Below are positions 29,553 through 37,235 of a stretch of 64,000 nt of DNA, piece after piece. Origin of the DNA: Burkholderiales bacterium (GTDB taxonomy: Bacteria; Pseudomonadota; Gammaproteobacteria; Burkholderiales; SG8-41); contig CAXNMF010000010.1 in assembly GCA_964203275.1 (NCBI GenBank), positions 16,159 through 80,158 on the forward strand. Direction: 5' to 3'. A model generated the notes under the pieces. It was given only the letters and a program-made list of their open reading frames with translations, had not been told where the DNA came from and searched no databases. The position numbers were made by a program, and so were the translations under genes. Within the stretch, counting starts at the first letter, position 1; the number at the start of each line of letters is the position of its first letter.

Positions 29553-29866
29553 GCTTACAAGAGCGCTCGATCGACCAATGGTTTTGAGGTCCCCCTTGTG
29601 AGCCGCCGAGCAGCACAGCGATTTCGGGGGCCGTCGGCGAGCACTGTCTGAGCCCTCGCCTGCGAGGGCGAGTTGCGGAGCCGCCCGGCCGCGCGAGCAG
29701 CGCAGGGAAGCCCGAAGGGCCGGCGAGCCGGGGTCGCCTTCTTTTGGTTACTTTTCTTGGCGAAGCAAGAAAAGTAACTGGCCGCCGGGCCACCCCCGGC
29801 GAAGTTGAAGCACCGCACAACCCACGACCACAAAAAAATCACAAGCCGTACCATTAAATCAATCCC
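29553..29866. repeat. GC-rich REP-like mosaic element with a 13-bp perfect hairpin
   Basis: GTTACTTTTCTTG-GCGAAG-CAAGAAAAGTAAC (29747..29778) and palindrome GCCCTCGC-CT-GCGAGGGC (29652..29669). The track ORFs here (29530..29820, 29555..29854) are Arg/Pro/Gly-rich shadows typical of such elements. Confidence 0.65.
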
Positions 29867-30697
29867 ATGAAAAACCTCCTCTCCATCCTGCTACTGACCT
29901 TGATCCCGCTGGCAGCCACTGCCCAATCCTTCGACCACGACCACAAACCCTGGGCCACCCTGCTCAAAAAACACGTCGTGCTCTTCGACAACAGCAAAGC
30001 CTCACAAGTCCGTTACGCCGGCTTCGCGCAAGATCGCAATGAACTAAAGGCCTACCTCGGCACGCTGTCCAAAGTGACCCAGGCCGAATTCAACGCCTGG
30101 ACCAAAGCGCAACAAATGGCTTTCCTGATCAATGCCTACAACGCCTACACGGTCGAAAAAATCCTCACCCGCTACCCGAACATCAAATCCATCCGGGATT
30201 TCGGAAAAGTTTTTGGAAACCCCTTCAAGGACAAATTCTTCACATTGTTGGGCCGCGAACATTCGCTGGACATGATCGAACACGAAACGCTGCGCAAGCC
30301 CGGCGCCTACGACGAGCCGCGGGTGCATTTCGCGGTGAATTGCGCGTCAACCGGCTGCCCGATGCTGCGTGAGGAAGCCTACGTCGCCGCGCGCCTGGAT
30401 GCGCAACTGGAAGAGCAAACCAAACGCTTCCTGTCCGACCGCAGCCGCAACCGCTTCATCGTGCAGGACAATGCGCTGGAGGTATCGGAGATATTCAAAT
30501 GGTTCGCCACCGACTGGAGCAGCGGCTACCGTGGTTTCGAAGGAAAAAGTCCGGCGATGCAGTCGCGAGAACAGTTTTTTGCGAAATATGCAGCACTGCT
30601 CGCCGATTCACCGGCACAGCAGCAGAGCATTGCCGATCGCAAGGCTGCAATCCGGCATCTGGATTATGATTGGACGTTGAACGACGCCAAAAAATAA
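29867..30697 (+). CDS. DUF547 domain protein, secreted
   Basis: Signal peptide MKNLLSILLLTLIPLAATAQS. AFLINAYNAYTVEKIL and RVHFAVNCASTGCPML are the DUF547 hallmarks. Confidence 0.8.
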   Translation: MKNLLSILLLTLIPLAATAQSFDHDHKPWATLLKKHVVLFDNSKASQVRYAGFAQDRNELKAYLGTLSKVTQAEFNAWTKAQQMAFLINAYNAYTVEKILTRYPNIKSIRDFGKVFGNPFKDKFFTLLGREHSLDMIEHETLRKPGAYDEPRVHFAVNCASTGCPMLREEAYVAARLDAQLEEQTKRFLSDRSRNRFIVQDNALEVSEIFKWFATDWSSGYRGFEGKSPAMQSREQFFAKYAALLADSPAQQQSIADRKAAIRHLDYDWTLNDAKK

Positions 30698-30703
30698 CTG
30701 CTG

Positions 30704-31390
30704 ATGTCGCTATCACTGATCGTCCCGACACTGAATGAAGCCCACGGCATCATCGACATGCTGCAAGCCTTGCAGCCGTTGCGGGACCGTGGCTGCGAGG
30801 TTATCGTGGTGGACGGCGGCAGCACCGATCACACACCGGTGCTGGCGCGACGCTGGTGCGATCTGGTGCTGCGCGCGCCCGGCGGCCGCGCCAGACAGAT
30901 GAATGCCGGCGCAGCGGCTGCCAGCAGCGAGATCCTCTGCTTCCTGCATGCGGATTGTTTTTTGCCGGAGGGCGCCGACGGACTGATCGTCGCTGGCCTC
31001 GCGCGTGGCCGGCGCAGTTGGGGACGTTTCGACGTCACGATCCACGGCTCACACCCGATGCTGCGCGTGGTTGCATGGATGATGAACTGGCGTTCGCGGC
31101 TGACCGGTATCGCCACGGGTGACCAGGGCCTGTTCATGACGCGCTCGGTGTTTGAAGCGGCAGGACGTTTTCCAGAAATCGCGCTGATGGAAGACATCGC
31201 GCTGACAAAACAACTCAAACGTTATGGCAAGCCGCTGTGTATCGCCCATCGCCTGACCACCTCGGGTCGGCGCTGGGAAAAACACGGGCTGTGGCGCACG
31301 GTGCTGCTGATGTGGCGCCTGCGGCTCGCTTACTTTCTAGGCGCGGACCCCAATCGGCTGGCCGCCCAGTATGTCCGCCACAAACCCTGA
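30704..31390 (+). CDS. Family-2 glycosyltransferase-like protein (the 'transferase 2' partner of ArsS-type rSAM proteins)
   Basis: SLIVPTLNEAHGI...VIVVDGGSTDHT...FLHADCFLP (GT-A fold, DxD-like motifs). Confidence 0.75.
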   Translation: MSLSLIVPTLNEAHGIIDMLQALQPLRDRGCEVIVVDGGSTDHTPVLARRWCDLVLRAPGGRARQMNAGAAAASSEILCFLHADCFLPEGADGLIVAGLARGRRSWGRFDVTIHGSHPMLRVVAWMMNWRSRLTGIATGDQGLFMTRSVFEAAGRFPEIALMEDIALTKQLKRYGKPLCIAHRLTTSGRRWEKHGLWRTVLLMWRLRLAYFLGADPNRLAAQYVRHKP

Positions 31391-32018
31391 TCTGACGATC
31401 CTCGTTTTCGCCAAAGCACCGGTACCCGGCACGACGAAGACACGCCTGATCCCGCTGCTGGGTGCGGAACAGTCTGCGGCATTGCAGTCGCGCTTGCTGC
31501 GGCATGCCCTCGCAACGGCATCTGCAGCGGCACCGGCCCGCGTCGAACTGTGGTGTGCACCGGATGCCACCCATCCCGCGCTGATCGCCGCGGCACAGAC
31601 CTGCGGCGCAACACTGCACGTGCAGCACGGCGACGAACTGGGTGCGCGTATGGCAAATGCGTTCACCAGCGCATTGCAACGCGTACCTCTCGCCATCTGC
31701 ATCGGGACCGACTGTCCGGCGCTGACCGTTCAGCACCTGCATGATGCAGCCGCGGCACTACGCGCAAACCACGATGCCGTATTCGTGCCGGCGGAAGACG
31801 GCGGCTATACATTGGTCGGGCTTTCACGAAATGAACCGCGAGTGTTCGGCAATATCACCTGGAGCAGCGAGCACGTGATGCGGCAGACTCGCGAACGCGC
31901 GCGTGCCTGCGGGTTGCGCTGGCATGAAATGGAAACCCTGTGGGACGTAGACCGGCCGGAAGACTGGCAACGCCTGCAGCAATCAGGACTGCTCGATGCA
32001 ACACCGTCGCCGGCCTGA
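31371..32018 (+). CDS. DUF2064 nucleotidyl/glycosyl-transferase-like protein (the 'transferase 1' partner of ArsS-type rSAM proteins)
   Basis: LVFAKAPVPGTTKTRLIP...GDELGARMANAF...CIGTDCPALT...VFVPAEDGGYTLVG is the DUF2064 pattern. 20-nt overlap with the preceding gene. Confidence 0.75.
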   Translation: MSATNPDLTILVFAKAPVPGTTKTRLIPLLGAEQSAALQSRLLRHALATASAAAPARVELWCAPDATHPALIAAAQTCGATLHVQHGDELGARMANAFTSALQRVPLAICIGTDCPALTVQHLHDAAAALRANHDAVFVPAEDGGYTLVGLSRNEPRVFGNITWSSEHVMRQTRERARACGLRWHEMETLWDVDRPEDWQRLQQSGLLDATPSPA

Positions 32019-32784
32019 GCGTCTGCGTGCGCTATTGGCGGCGCTGGCGATGCTAACGGTCGCAACCGCGTACGCGGTTGAGGAGCGCGTCATCGCCGCC
32101 GCCTTTTCCGTCGTACGGCCCGGTGCGGCGCTACCCACAGGCTGGGGGCCGCTGGAGGCCGCGAACATCAAGGTGCGCACGCGCTACACGCTGGTGGATG
32201 ACAACGGCACAACAGTATTGCGTGCCGATTCCGAACGGGGCGCCTCGGGACTTTCACGCCAGTTGCACATCAATCCGACCGAACTGCCGTGGCTGCGCTG
32301 GCGCTGGAAAATCAGCAACCTCATCGAAACCGCGGATCTGCGAACGAAGGAAGGCGACGATTTTCCGGCGCGGATCTATGTCATGTTTGATTACCCACTG
32401 GAAAAGCTGCCCTTCCTGGAACGCAACAAGCTGCGAATGGCCAGAGCACTCTTCGATCCGAATCTGCCTGCGGCGACACTGTGTTACGTATGGGACGGCA
32501 AGGCTGCCGCAGACACCATCGCGTCCAGCGCTTATACCGACCGTGTAAAAATCATCGTCGTCGAGTCTGGCTCCAGCCGGGTCAGGCAATGGGTGAATGT
32601 CGAACGCAACATCGCACGTGATTTCCGCGCGGCCTTCGGCGAGGATGCCCCACCCGTCAGCGCCATTGCCGTGGCCACCGACACGGATAACACGGGTACT
32701 TTTGCAACAGCCCATTTTGGCGATATTTCTTTTAATAAACATCAAGTTAAGACACCGCCCGCAAGTGCGACAGCGAATCCTTGA
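31996..32784 (+). CDS. DUF3047 domain protein, secreted
   Basis: Signal-like N-terminus. LRWRWKISNLIETADLRTKEGDDFPARIYVMFDYP matches the DUF3047 core. 23-nt overlap with the preceding gene. Confidence 0.7.
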   Translation: MQHRRRPERLRALLAALAMLTVATAYAVEERVIAAAFSVVRPGAALPTGWGPLEAANIKVRTRYTLVDDNGTTVLRADSERGASGLSRQLHINPTELPWLRWRWKISNLIETADLRTKEGDDFPARIYVMFDYPLEKLPFLERNKLRMARALFDPNLPAATLCYVWDGKAAADTIASSAYTDRVKIIVVESGSSRVRQWVNVERNIARDFRAAFGEDAPPVSAIAVATDTDNTGTFATAHFGDISFNKHQVKTPPASATANP

Positions 32785-32941
32785 GGAAATTGTTGTTGCC
32801 TTTTAGGGGGGGCTGGGGAAGAATGGCCCCTCATTTTTGACGCGGCTTCATTGCACTCGAATCAGCGCTAAAAAACTTTAAGAATCAGGCCCTTGAAACC
32901 TCATCGACGGCTGACCAACCCGTAACTTTCGCACCTGCTGC

Positions 32942-34051
32942 ATGTCCGATCTATCCAGCGTTTCCGCGTTCGGTAAAACCTCCACGCAACTCCCTGTACA
33001 GTGGTATTTCGATCCGCATATTTATGAGGTCGAAAAACGACTGCTGTTCGACAATGGCCCGGGTTATATCGGCCATGAACTGATGGTGCCGAACACCGGC
33101 GACTATCATGCGCTGGCGTGGCTCGATAACGCGCAGGCGCTGGTGCGCAACGCCAGCGGCATTGATCTCATCTCAAACATTTGCCGTCACCGTCAGGCGA
33201 TCATCCTGAAGGATCGCGGCAATACCCAAAACATCATCTGCCCGCTGCATCGCTGGACCTACGGCCTCGACGGCAAACTGCTCGGTGCGCCGCATTTTCC
33301 AGACAGCCCCTGCCTCGATCTAGCGCGCACGCCGCTGACCAACTGGAACGGCCTGCTGTTCTCGGGACGCCGCGATATTGCGCGCGATCTGGCGAAACTC
33401 GGCGTGATGAAGGATTTCGATTTTTCCGGCTACATGCTCGACCGCGTCGAGATCGATGAATACGCCTGCAACTGGAAAACCTTCATCGAGGTTTACCTCG
33501 AGGATTATCACGTCGAACCCTTCCATCCCGGGCTCGGCCACTTCGTCAACGTCAACGACCTGCGGTGGGAGTTCGGCGACTGGTACAGTGTGCAGACCTG
33601 CGGCATCGCCAACCAGCTTGCGCGTCCAGGCAGCCCCGTCTACCAGCGCTGGCATGATCACGTGCTGCGTTACGGCGAAGGCAAGGCACCGGCGCACGGG
33701 GCAATCTGGCTGACCTATTTCCCGAACATCATGGTCGAGTGGTATCCGCATGTGCTGGTGGTCAGCACCATCGTGCCGCGTGGTCCCGAAGCCTGCAGCA
33801 ACGTCGTCGAGTTTTATTACCCCGAAGACATCGCGCTGTTCGAGCGCGAATTTGTCGAGGCCGAACAGGCCGCTTACCGCGAAACTGCAGTCGAGGATGC
33901 CGAGATCATCACGCGCATGACCGATGGCCGGCGCGCGTTGTGGCGGCAGGGTCGCAGCGAAGTGGGTCCCTACCAGTCACCATTGGAAGACGGCATGGTG
34001 CATTTCCACGAATTCCTCCGGCGCGAAGTGGAACACCAGCTCTATAAATAA
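32942..34051 (+). CDS. Rieske [2Fe-2S] non-haem-iron oxygenase alpha-subunit-like protein
   Basis: Rieske motif CRHRQAIIL...CPLHRWTY. Catalytic-domain-like EVYLEDYHVEPFHPGL (His ligands). Confidence 0.8.
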   Translation: MSDLSSVSAFGKTSTQLPVQWYFDPHIYEVEKRLLFDNGPGYIGHELMVPNTGDYHALAWLDNAQALVRNASGIDLISNICRHRQAIILKDRGNTQNIICPLHRWTYGLDGKLLGAPHFPDSPCLDLARTPLTNWNGLLFSGRRDIARDLAKLGVMKDFDFSGYMLDRVEIDEYACNWKTFIEVYLEDYHVEPFHPGLGHFVNVNDLRWEFGDWYSVQTCGIANQLARPGSPVYQRWHDHVLRYGEGKAPAHGAIWLTYFPNIMVEWYPHVLVVSTIVPRGPEACSNVVEFYYPEDIALFEREFVEAEQAAYRETAVEDAEIITRMTDGRRALWRQGRSEVGPYQSPLEDGMVHFHEFLRREVEHQLYK

Positions 34052-34177
34052 TTTCTTTAAATACAATTAGTTATATACATAATCAGGTGGCCGCGAGCTG
34101 CCGTTTTTATTTGCGGCGCTTGATTTTCGGTTGGCGTTTGCTACCTTTGCCGCTCCCGCTTCCACCGGATTGCCGCG

Positions 34178-35029
34178 ATGGCCCACAAGACGCTGATCAG
34201 TGCCGACGAAACCGCAGCTCATCTGAAAGATCCGGACTGGGTCATTTGCGACTGCCGGCATGACCTTGCCGATTACAGCGCCGGCTACCGCGCTTACCGC
34301 AACGGCCATATCCCCGGCGCGCGCTTTCTGCATCTGGATGTTGATCTGTCCGGCCCGAAAACCGGCCTGACAGGTCGCCATCCCTTGCCGCACCCTGCAA
34401 CATTCTCGTTGCGACTCGGCGCACTCGGCATCGATAACAGCAAGCAGGTCGTTGCCTATGACGACAGCGGCGGCCCCTTCGCCGCCCGCCTGTGGTGGAT
34501 GCTGCGCTGGGTTGGACACGAACGTGTGGCGGTGCTCGACGGCGGCTGGAATGCATGGCAGCAGGCGGGATTGCCTTATACGGTTGCACAACCGGAAATC
34601 GAACCAGCCATTTTCAGCATGCGCGTGCAGCCACAAATTGCTGTCGACAGCAAACAAATCCTCACAGACCTGCAGGAACGCAGGACGCAAATCATCGACG
34701 CGCGCGCGCCGGATCGCTATCGCGGTGAAAACGAAACGCTGGATCCCGTCGCCGGCCATATACCAGGCGCCATCAACCGATTCTTCAAGCTCAATCTCGG
34801 TGATGACGGGCGCTTCAAATCGCCAGCAATACTTCAGCAGGAATTCGCCGTGATGCTAAACGGACGCCATCCACAGACCGTCATTCACCAATGCGGCTCC
34901 GGTGTGACCGCGTGCCACAACCTTCTGGCGATGGAACTTGCCGGCATGAACGGCTCACGGCTCTACCCGGGATCCTGGAGCGAATGGGTCAGTGACCGCC
35001 GCCGCCCGGTCGCCGGCGGCAGCAACTGA
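34178..35029 (+). CDS. sseA: Tandem-rhodanese sulfurtransferase (3-mercaptopyruvate/thiosulfate sulfurtransferase type)
   Basis: Two rhodanese domains. Active-site loop HQCGSGVTACH. GHIPGA appears twice. YPGSWSEW C-terminus. Confidence 0.85.
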   Translation: MAHKTLISADETAAHLKDPDWVICDCRHDLADYSAGYRAYRNGHIPGARFLHLDVDLSGPKTGLTGRHPLPHPATFSLRLGALGIDNSKQVVAYDDSGGPFAARLWWMLRWVGHERVAVLDGGWNAWQQAGLPYTVAQPEIEPAIFSMRVQPQIAVDSKQILTDLQERRTQIIDARAPDRYRGENETLDPVAGHIPGAINRFFKLNLGDDGRFKSPAILQQEFAVMLNGRHPQTVIHQCGSGVTACHNLLAMELAGMNGSRLYPGSWSEWVSDRRRPVAGGSN

Positions 35030-35101
35030 ATCAAGTTTCACGCAGGTACTTCGCTTGAATCTGCTGCTTGCAGATCTGGGCTGATCGTTCATTTCATATT
35101 T

Positions 35102-35431
35102 GTGCTGTTCGTGCTCGCGGGATTGCCGCTGATCTGGATCGGCGCAGCAGCCGGCTGGCGCTGGGTGCTTCATTTCGGATTTCGCGCATCCCATCTTGCG
35201 GCAATCCTCATCGTCAGCGCCGAGGCGCTTGCAGGAGTCTGGTGTCCGCTGACTCTTCTGGAAGATGCGCTGCGGGGGAATTCAGCCGACAAAGGCTTTA
35301 TCGCACGTTGGCTGCATGCACTGCTGTATTACGATCTGCCCTTATGGATGTTCACCGCAGCCTATCTTGCATTTGCCGCCCTGGTCGTTCTGACCTGGTG
35401 GCACTTACCACCGATAAGCAAACGATCATGA
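35102..35431 (+). CDS. DUF2784 membrane protein (N-terminus possibly longer; frame break near 35078)
   Basis: HLAAILIVSAEALAGVWCPLTLLEDALR is the DUF2784 core. In another frame, TTG 35055 gives MNLLLADLG, which would join LIVHFIFVLFVLAG if one base were missing in the GGG run at 35078..35080. Confidence 0.65.
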   Translation: MLFVLAGLPLIWIGAAAGWRWVLHFGFRASHLAAILIVSAEALAGVWCPLTLLEDALRGNSADKGFIARWLHALLYYDLPLWMFTAAYLAFAALVVLTWWHLPPISKRS

Positions 35432-35456
35432 AAAAGGGGCGCTTTGCGCCCCTTTT
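35432..35456. terminator. Bidirectional rho-independent terminator
   Basis: AAAA-GGGGCGC-TTT-GCGCCCC-TTTT, between the convergent DUF2784 and fccB genes. Confidence 0.75.
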
Positions 35457-35479
35457 AGTTTCGTCGAAACTTACGAAGA

Positions 35480-36751
35480 TCAGGCCAGTGCTTCTGCCCA
35501 GATGTTACGTGCCCAGCCCCAGGCGTAATTACCTTCGGCAACGCTCGCTGCAGTCGAAACACCGCCACTGCCCTTGACCGCCACCATCGTCTTCTGCGCC
35601 GCATCGTACCGATGAACCGAGGCCACGTGCATCGCACTGTCGCCGCTGACGAAGCTGTAGCAGGTGTTCATCATCATGGTATCGGTATTTACCGGCTGCC
35701 CCTTAAGCAGTGCAATCACACCAGCCGCGCAAACTTTCGCATGCTGATTGGCCATGCTTCCTGACTTCGGCATTGCCGGTGCAGAAAGTGTTGCATCGCC
35801 GAGCACATGCACACCTTTGACTGCGGTTGATTCGCAGGTAGTCCAGTCAACGCCGCACCAGCGGTTGTTGGCCGTGATCAGGCCACTGCGGACCGCAATA
35901 TCGGCGGCGCGCTGTGCCGGCACCACGTTGATGACGTCCGCTTTGACGTCATCGAACTGCAGCTTGATGGTCATGCCTTTGACATCAACATCAGCGATTT
36001 CGCTGTTCGGCCGATATTCGATCATGCCTTTGTAGGCACCATTCCACGCCGCCAGAAACAGCCCCTTCTTGGATGTGATATCCGGGTTCGAATCCAGCAC
36101 GAGTATTTTCGATTTAGGTTTCGCCTTCTTGAAATAACTGGCGACCTGGCACACACGTTCGTAGGGACCCGGCGGGCAGCGATACGGCGCCATCGGGATC
36201 TGCAGCGCGTAGACGCCACCGTCCCTCATCGACTCCAGCTGTTTGCGCAATGCAATGGTCTGCGCACCGGCTTTCCAAGCATGAAGTATCCGCGACTGGG
36301 CATCGGCGGATTTCAATGCCGGAATCTGGTCGAACATGAATTCGATGCCCGGCGATACCACGACACGGTCAAAGGGCAAGGTCTGTCCGCCGGCGAGCGC
36401 GACCTGGCGTTTTTGCGCGTCAATGGCGACCGCCGTATCACGGACCACACGGATGCCGCGACTGCGCAGGCCGTCATAGCTGAAAGATATCTGCGACATT
36501 TGCGCATTGCCGCCGATCACGAGGTTGCTGATCGGGCAGGATACAAAATGTTCGTTGGGCTCGACCAGGGTCACGTCGATGTCAGGCGCCCACAGTTTGA
36601 TGTATTTCGCAGCGGTTGCGCCGCCGTAACCACCGCCGATCACCACAACGCGACCTGCGCTGCCGCCACCGCCCGTTGCACAACCAGCAAGTGTTGCAAC
36701 ACCTGCGCCCGCCGAAGCCCATTTGATGAATTCGCGTCTCGAAAAAGTCAT
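35480..36751 (-). CDS. fccB: Flavocytochrome c sulfide dehydrogenase, flavoprotein subunit (FCSD/SoxF-like)
   Basis: Tat signal MTFSRREFIKWASAGAGVATLAG. FAD fold VVVIGGGYGGATAAKY. CPISN and PYRCPPGPYER motifs of the FCSD family. Confidence 0.88.
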   Translation of the reverse strand: MTFSRREFIKWASAGAGVATLAGCATGGGGSAGRVVVIGGGYGGATAAKYIKLWAPDIDVTLVEPNEHFVSCPISNLVIGGNAQMSQISFSYDGLRSRGIRVVRDTAVAIDAQKRQVALAGGQTLPFDRVVVSPGIEFMFDQIPALKSADAQSRILHAWKAGAQTIALRKQLESMRDGGVYALQIPMAPYRCPPGPYERVCQVASYFKKAKPKSKILVLDSNPDITSKKGLFLAAWNGAYKGMIEYRPNSEIADVDVKGMTIKLQFDDVKADVINVVPAQRAADIAVRSGLITANNRWCGVDWTTCESTAVKGVHVLGDATLSAPAMPKSGSMANQHAKVCAAGVIALLKGQPVNTDTMMMNTCYSFVSGDSAMHVASVHRYDAAQKTMVAVKGSGGVSTAASVAEGNYAWGWARNIWAEALA

Positions 36752-36760
36752 GTTGTTCTC

Positions 36761-37102
36761 CTAGCGAGCGGCCGGCGCGACTGCCGCGCGACCGGGCGTC
36801 ACCGCTGCAAAGTAACCGGCAATCAACCCCAGCTGTTCTTCGGTATATCCCTTGACATGCTGGTGCATGATCGTTGACGGACGCTTGCTTTCTCGAAACT
36901 CCTGCAACTGCTTCAGCAGATAATTGCGATTCTGTCCGGCCAGACTGGGTGGTACGCCCTCCACACTGTGCCCGTCAGTGCCATGACAGGTAAAGCAGGT
37001 GGCGGCGAGACTGCGTGCGTAACTCGGATCTGCAGCCATCGCAGAATGCGTCCACACGCAACCAGCCAAACCGACAACGAACAGCGTCATTGCTCTCAAC
37101 AT
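36761..37102 (-). CDS. fccA: Monohaem cytochrome c (FCSD cytochrome subunit-like)
   Basis: Signal peptide. One CxxCH site (CFTCHG). Immediately upstream of fccB. GGAGG RBS before the ATG at 37102. Confidence 0.8.
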   Translation of the reverse strand: MLRAMTLFVVGLAGCVWTHSAMAADPSYARSLAATCFTCHGTDGHSVEGVPPSLAGQNRNYLLKQLQEFRESKRPSTIMHQHVKGYTEEQLGLIAGYFAAVTPGRAAVAPAAR

Positions 37103-37120
37103 GGGCAGCCTCCATATCAA

Positions 37121-37145
37121 TACGGCCTCAACGATTGAGGCCGTA
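37121..37145. other. Perfect 11-bp hairpin between clpA and the cytochrome c gene
   Basis: TACGGCCTCAA-CGA-TTGAGGCCGTA. No flanking T-run on either strand. Ends 18 nt upstream of the fccA start codon. Confidence 0.5.
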
Positions 37146-37235
37146 TAACTGATTGGGATCAGTTTTCTTTTGAATCTTTTGAAACCAGTTTCAGCGTAAC
37201 AACCCTGCCTGTCAAGGCACGGGGACCCGGCACCT

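Noticed and set aside
29530-29854. Two overlapping minus-strand ORFs (96 and 99 aa) in the spacer after the reductase fusion gene
   Set aside because: They lie wholly in the REP-like element. The Arg/Pro/Gly-rich products are typical artefacts of translating such repeats.
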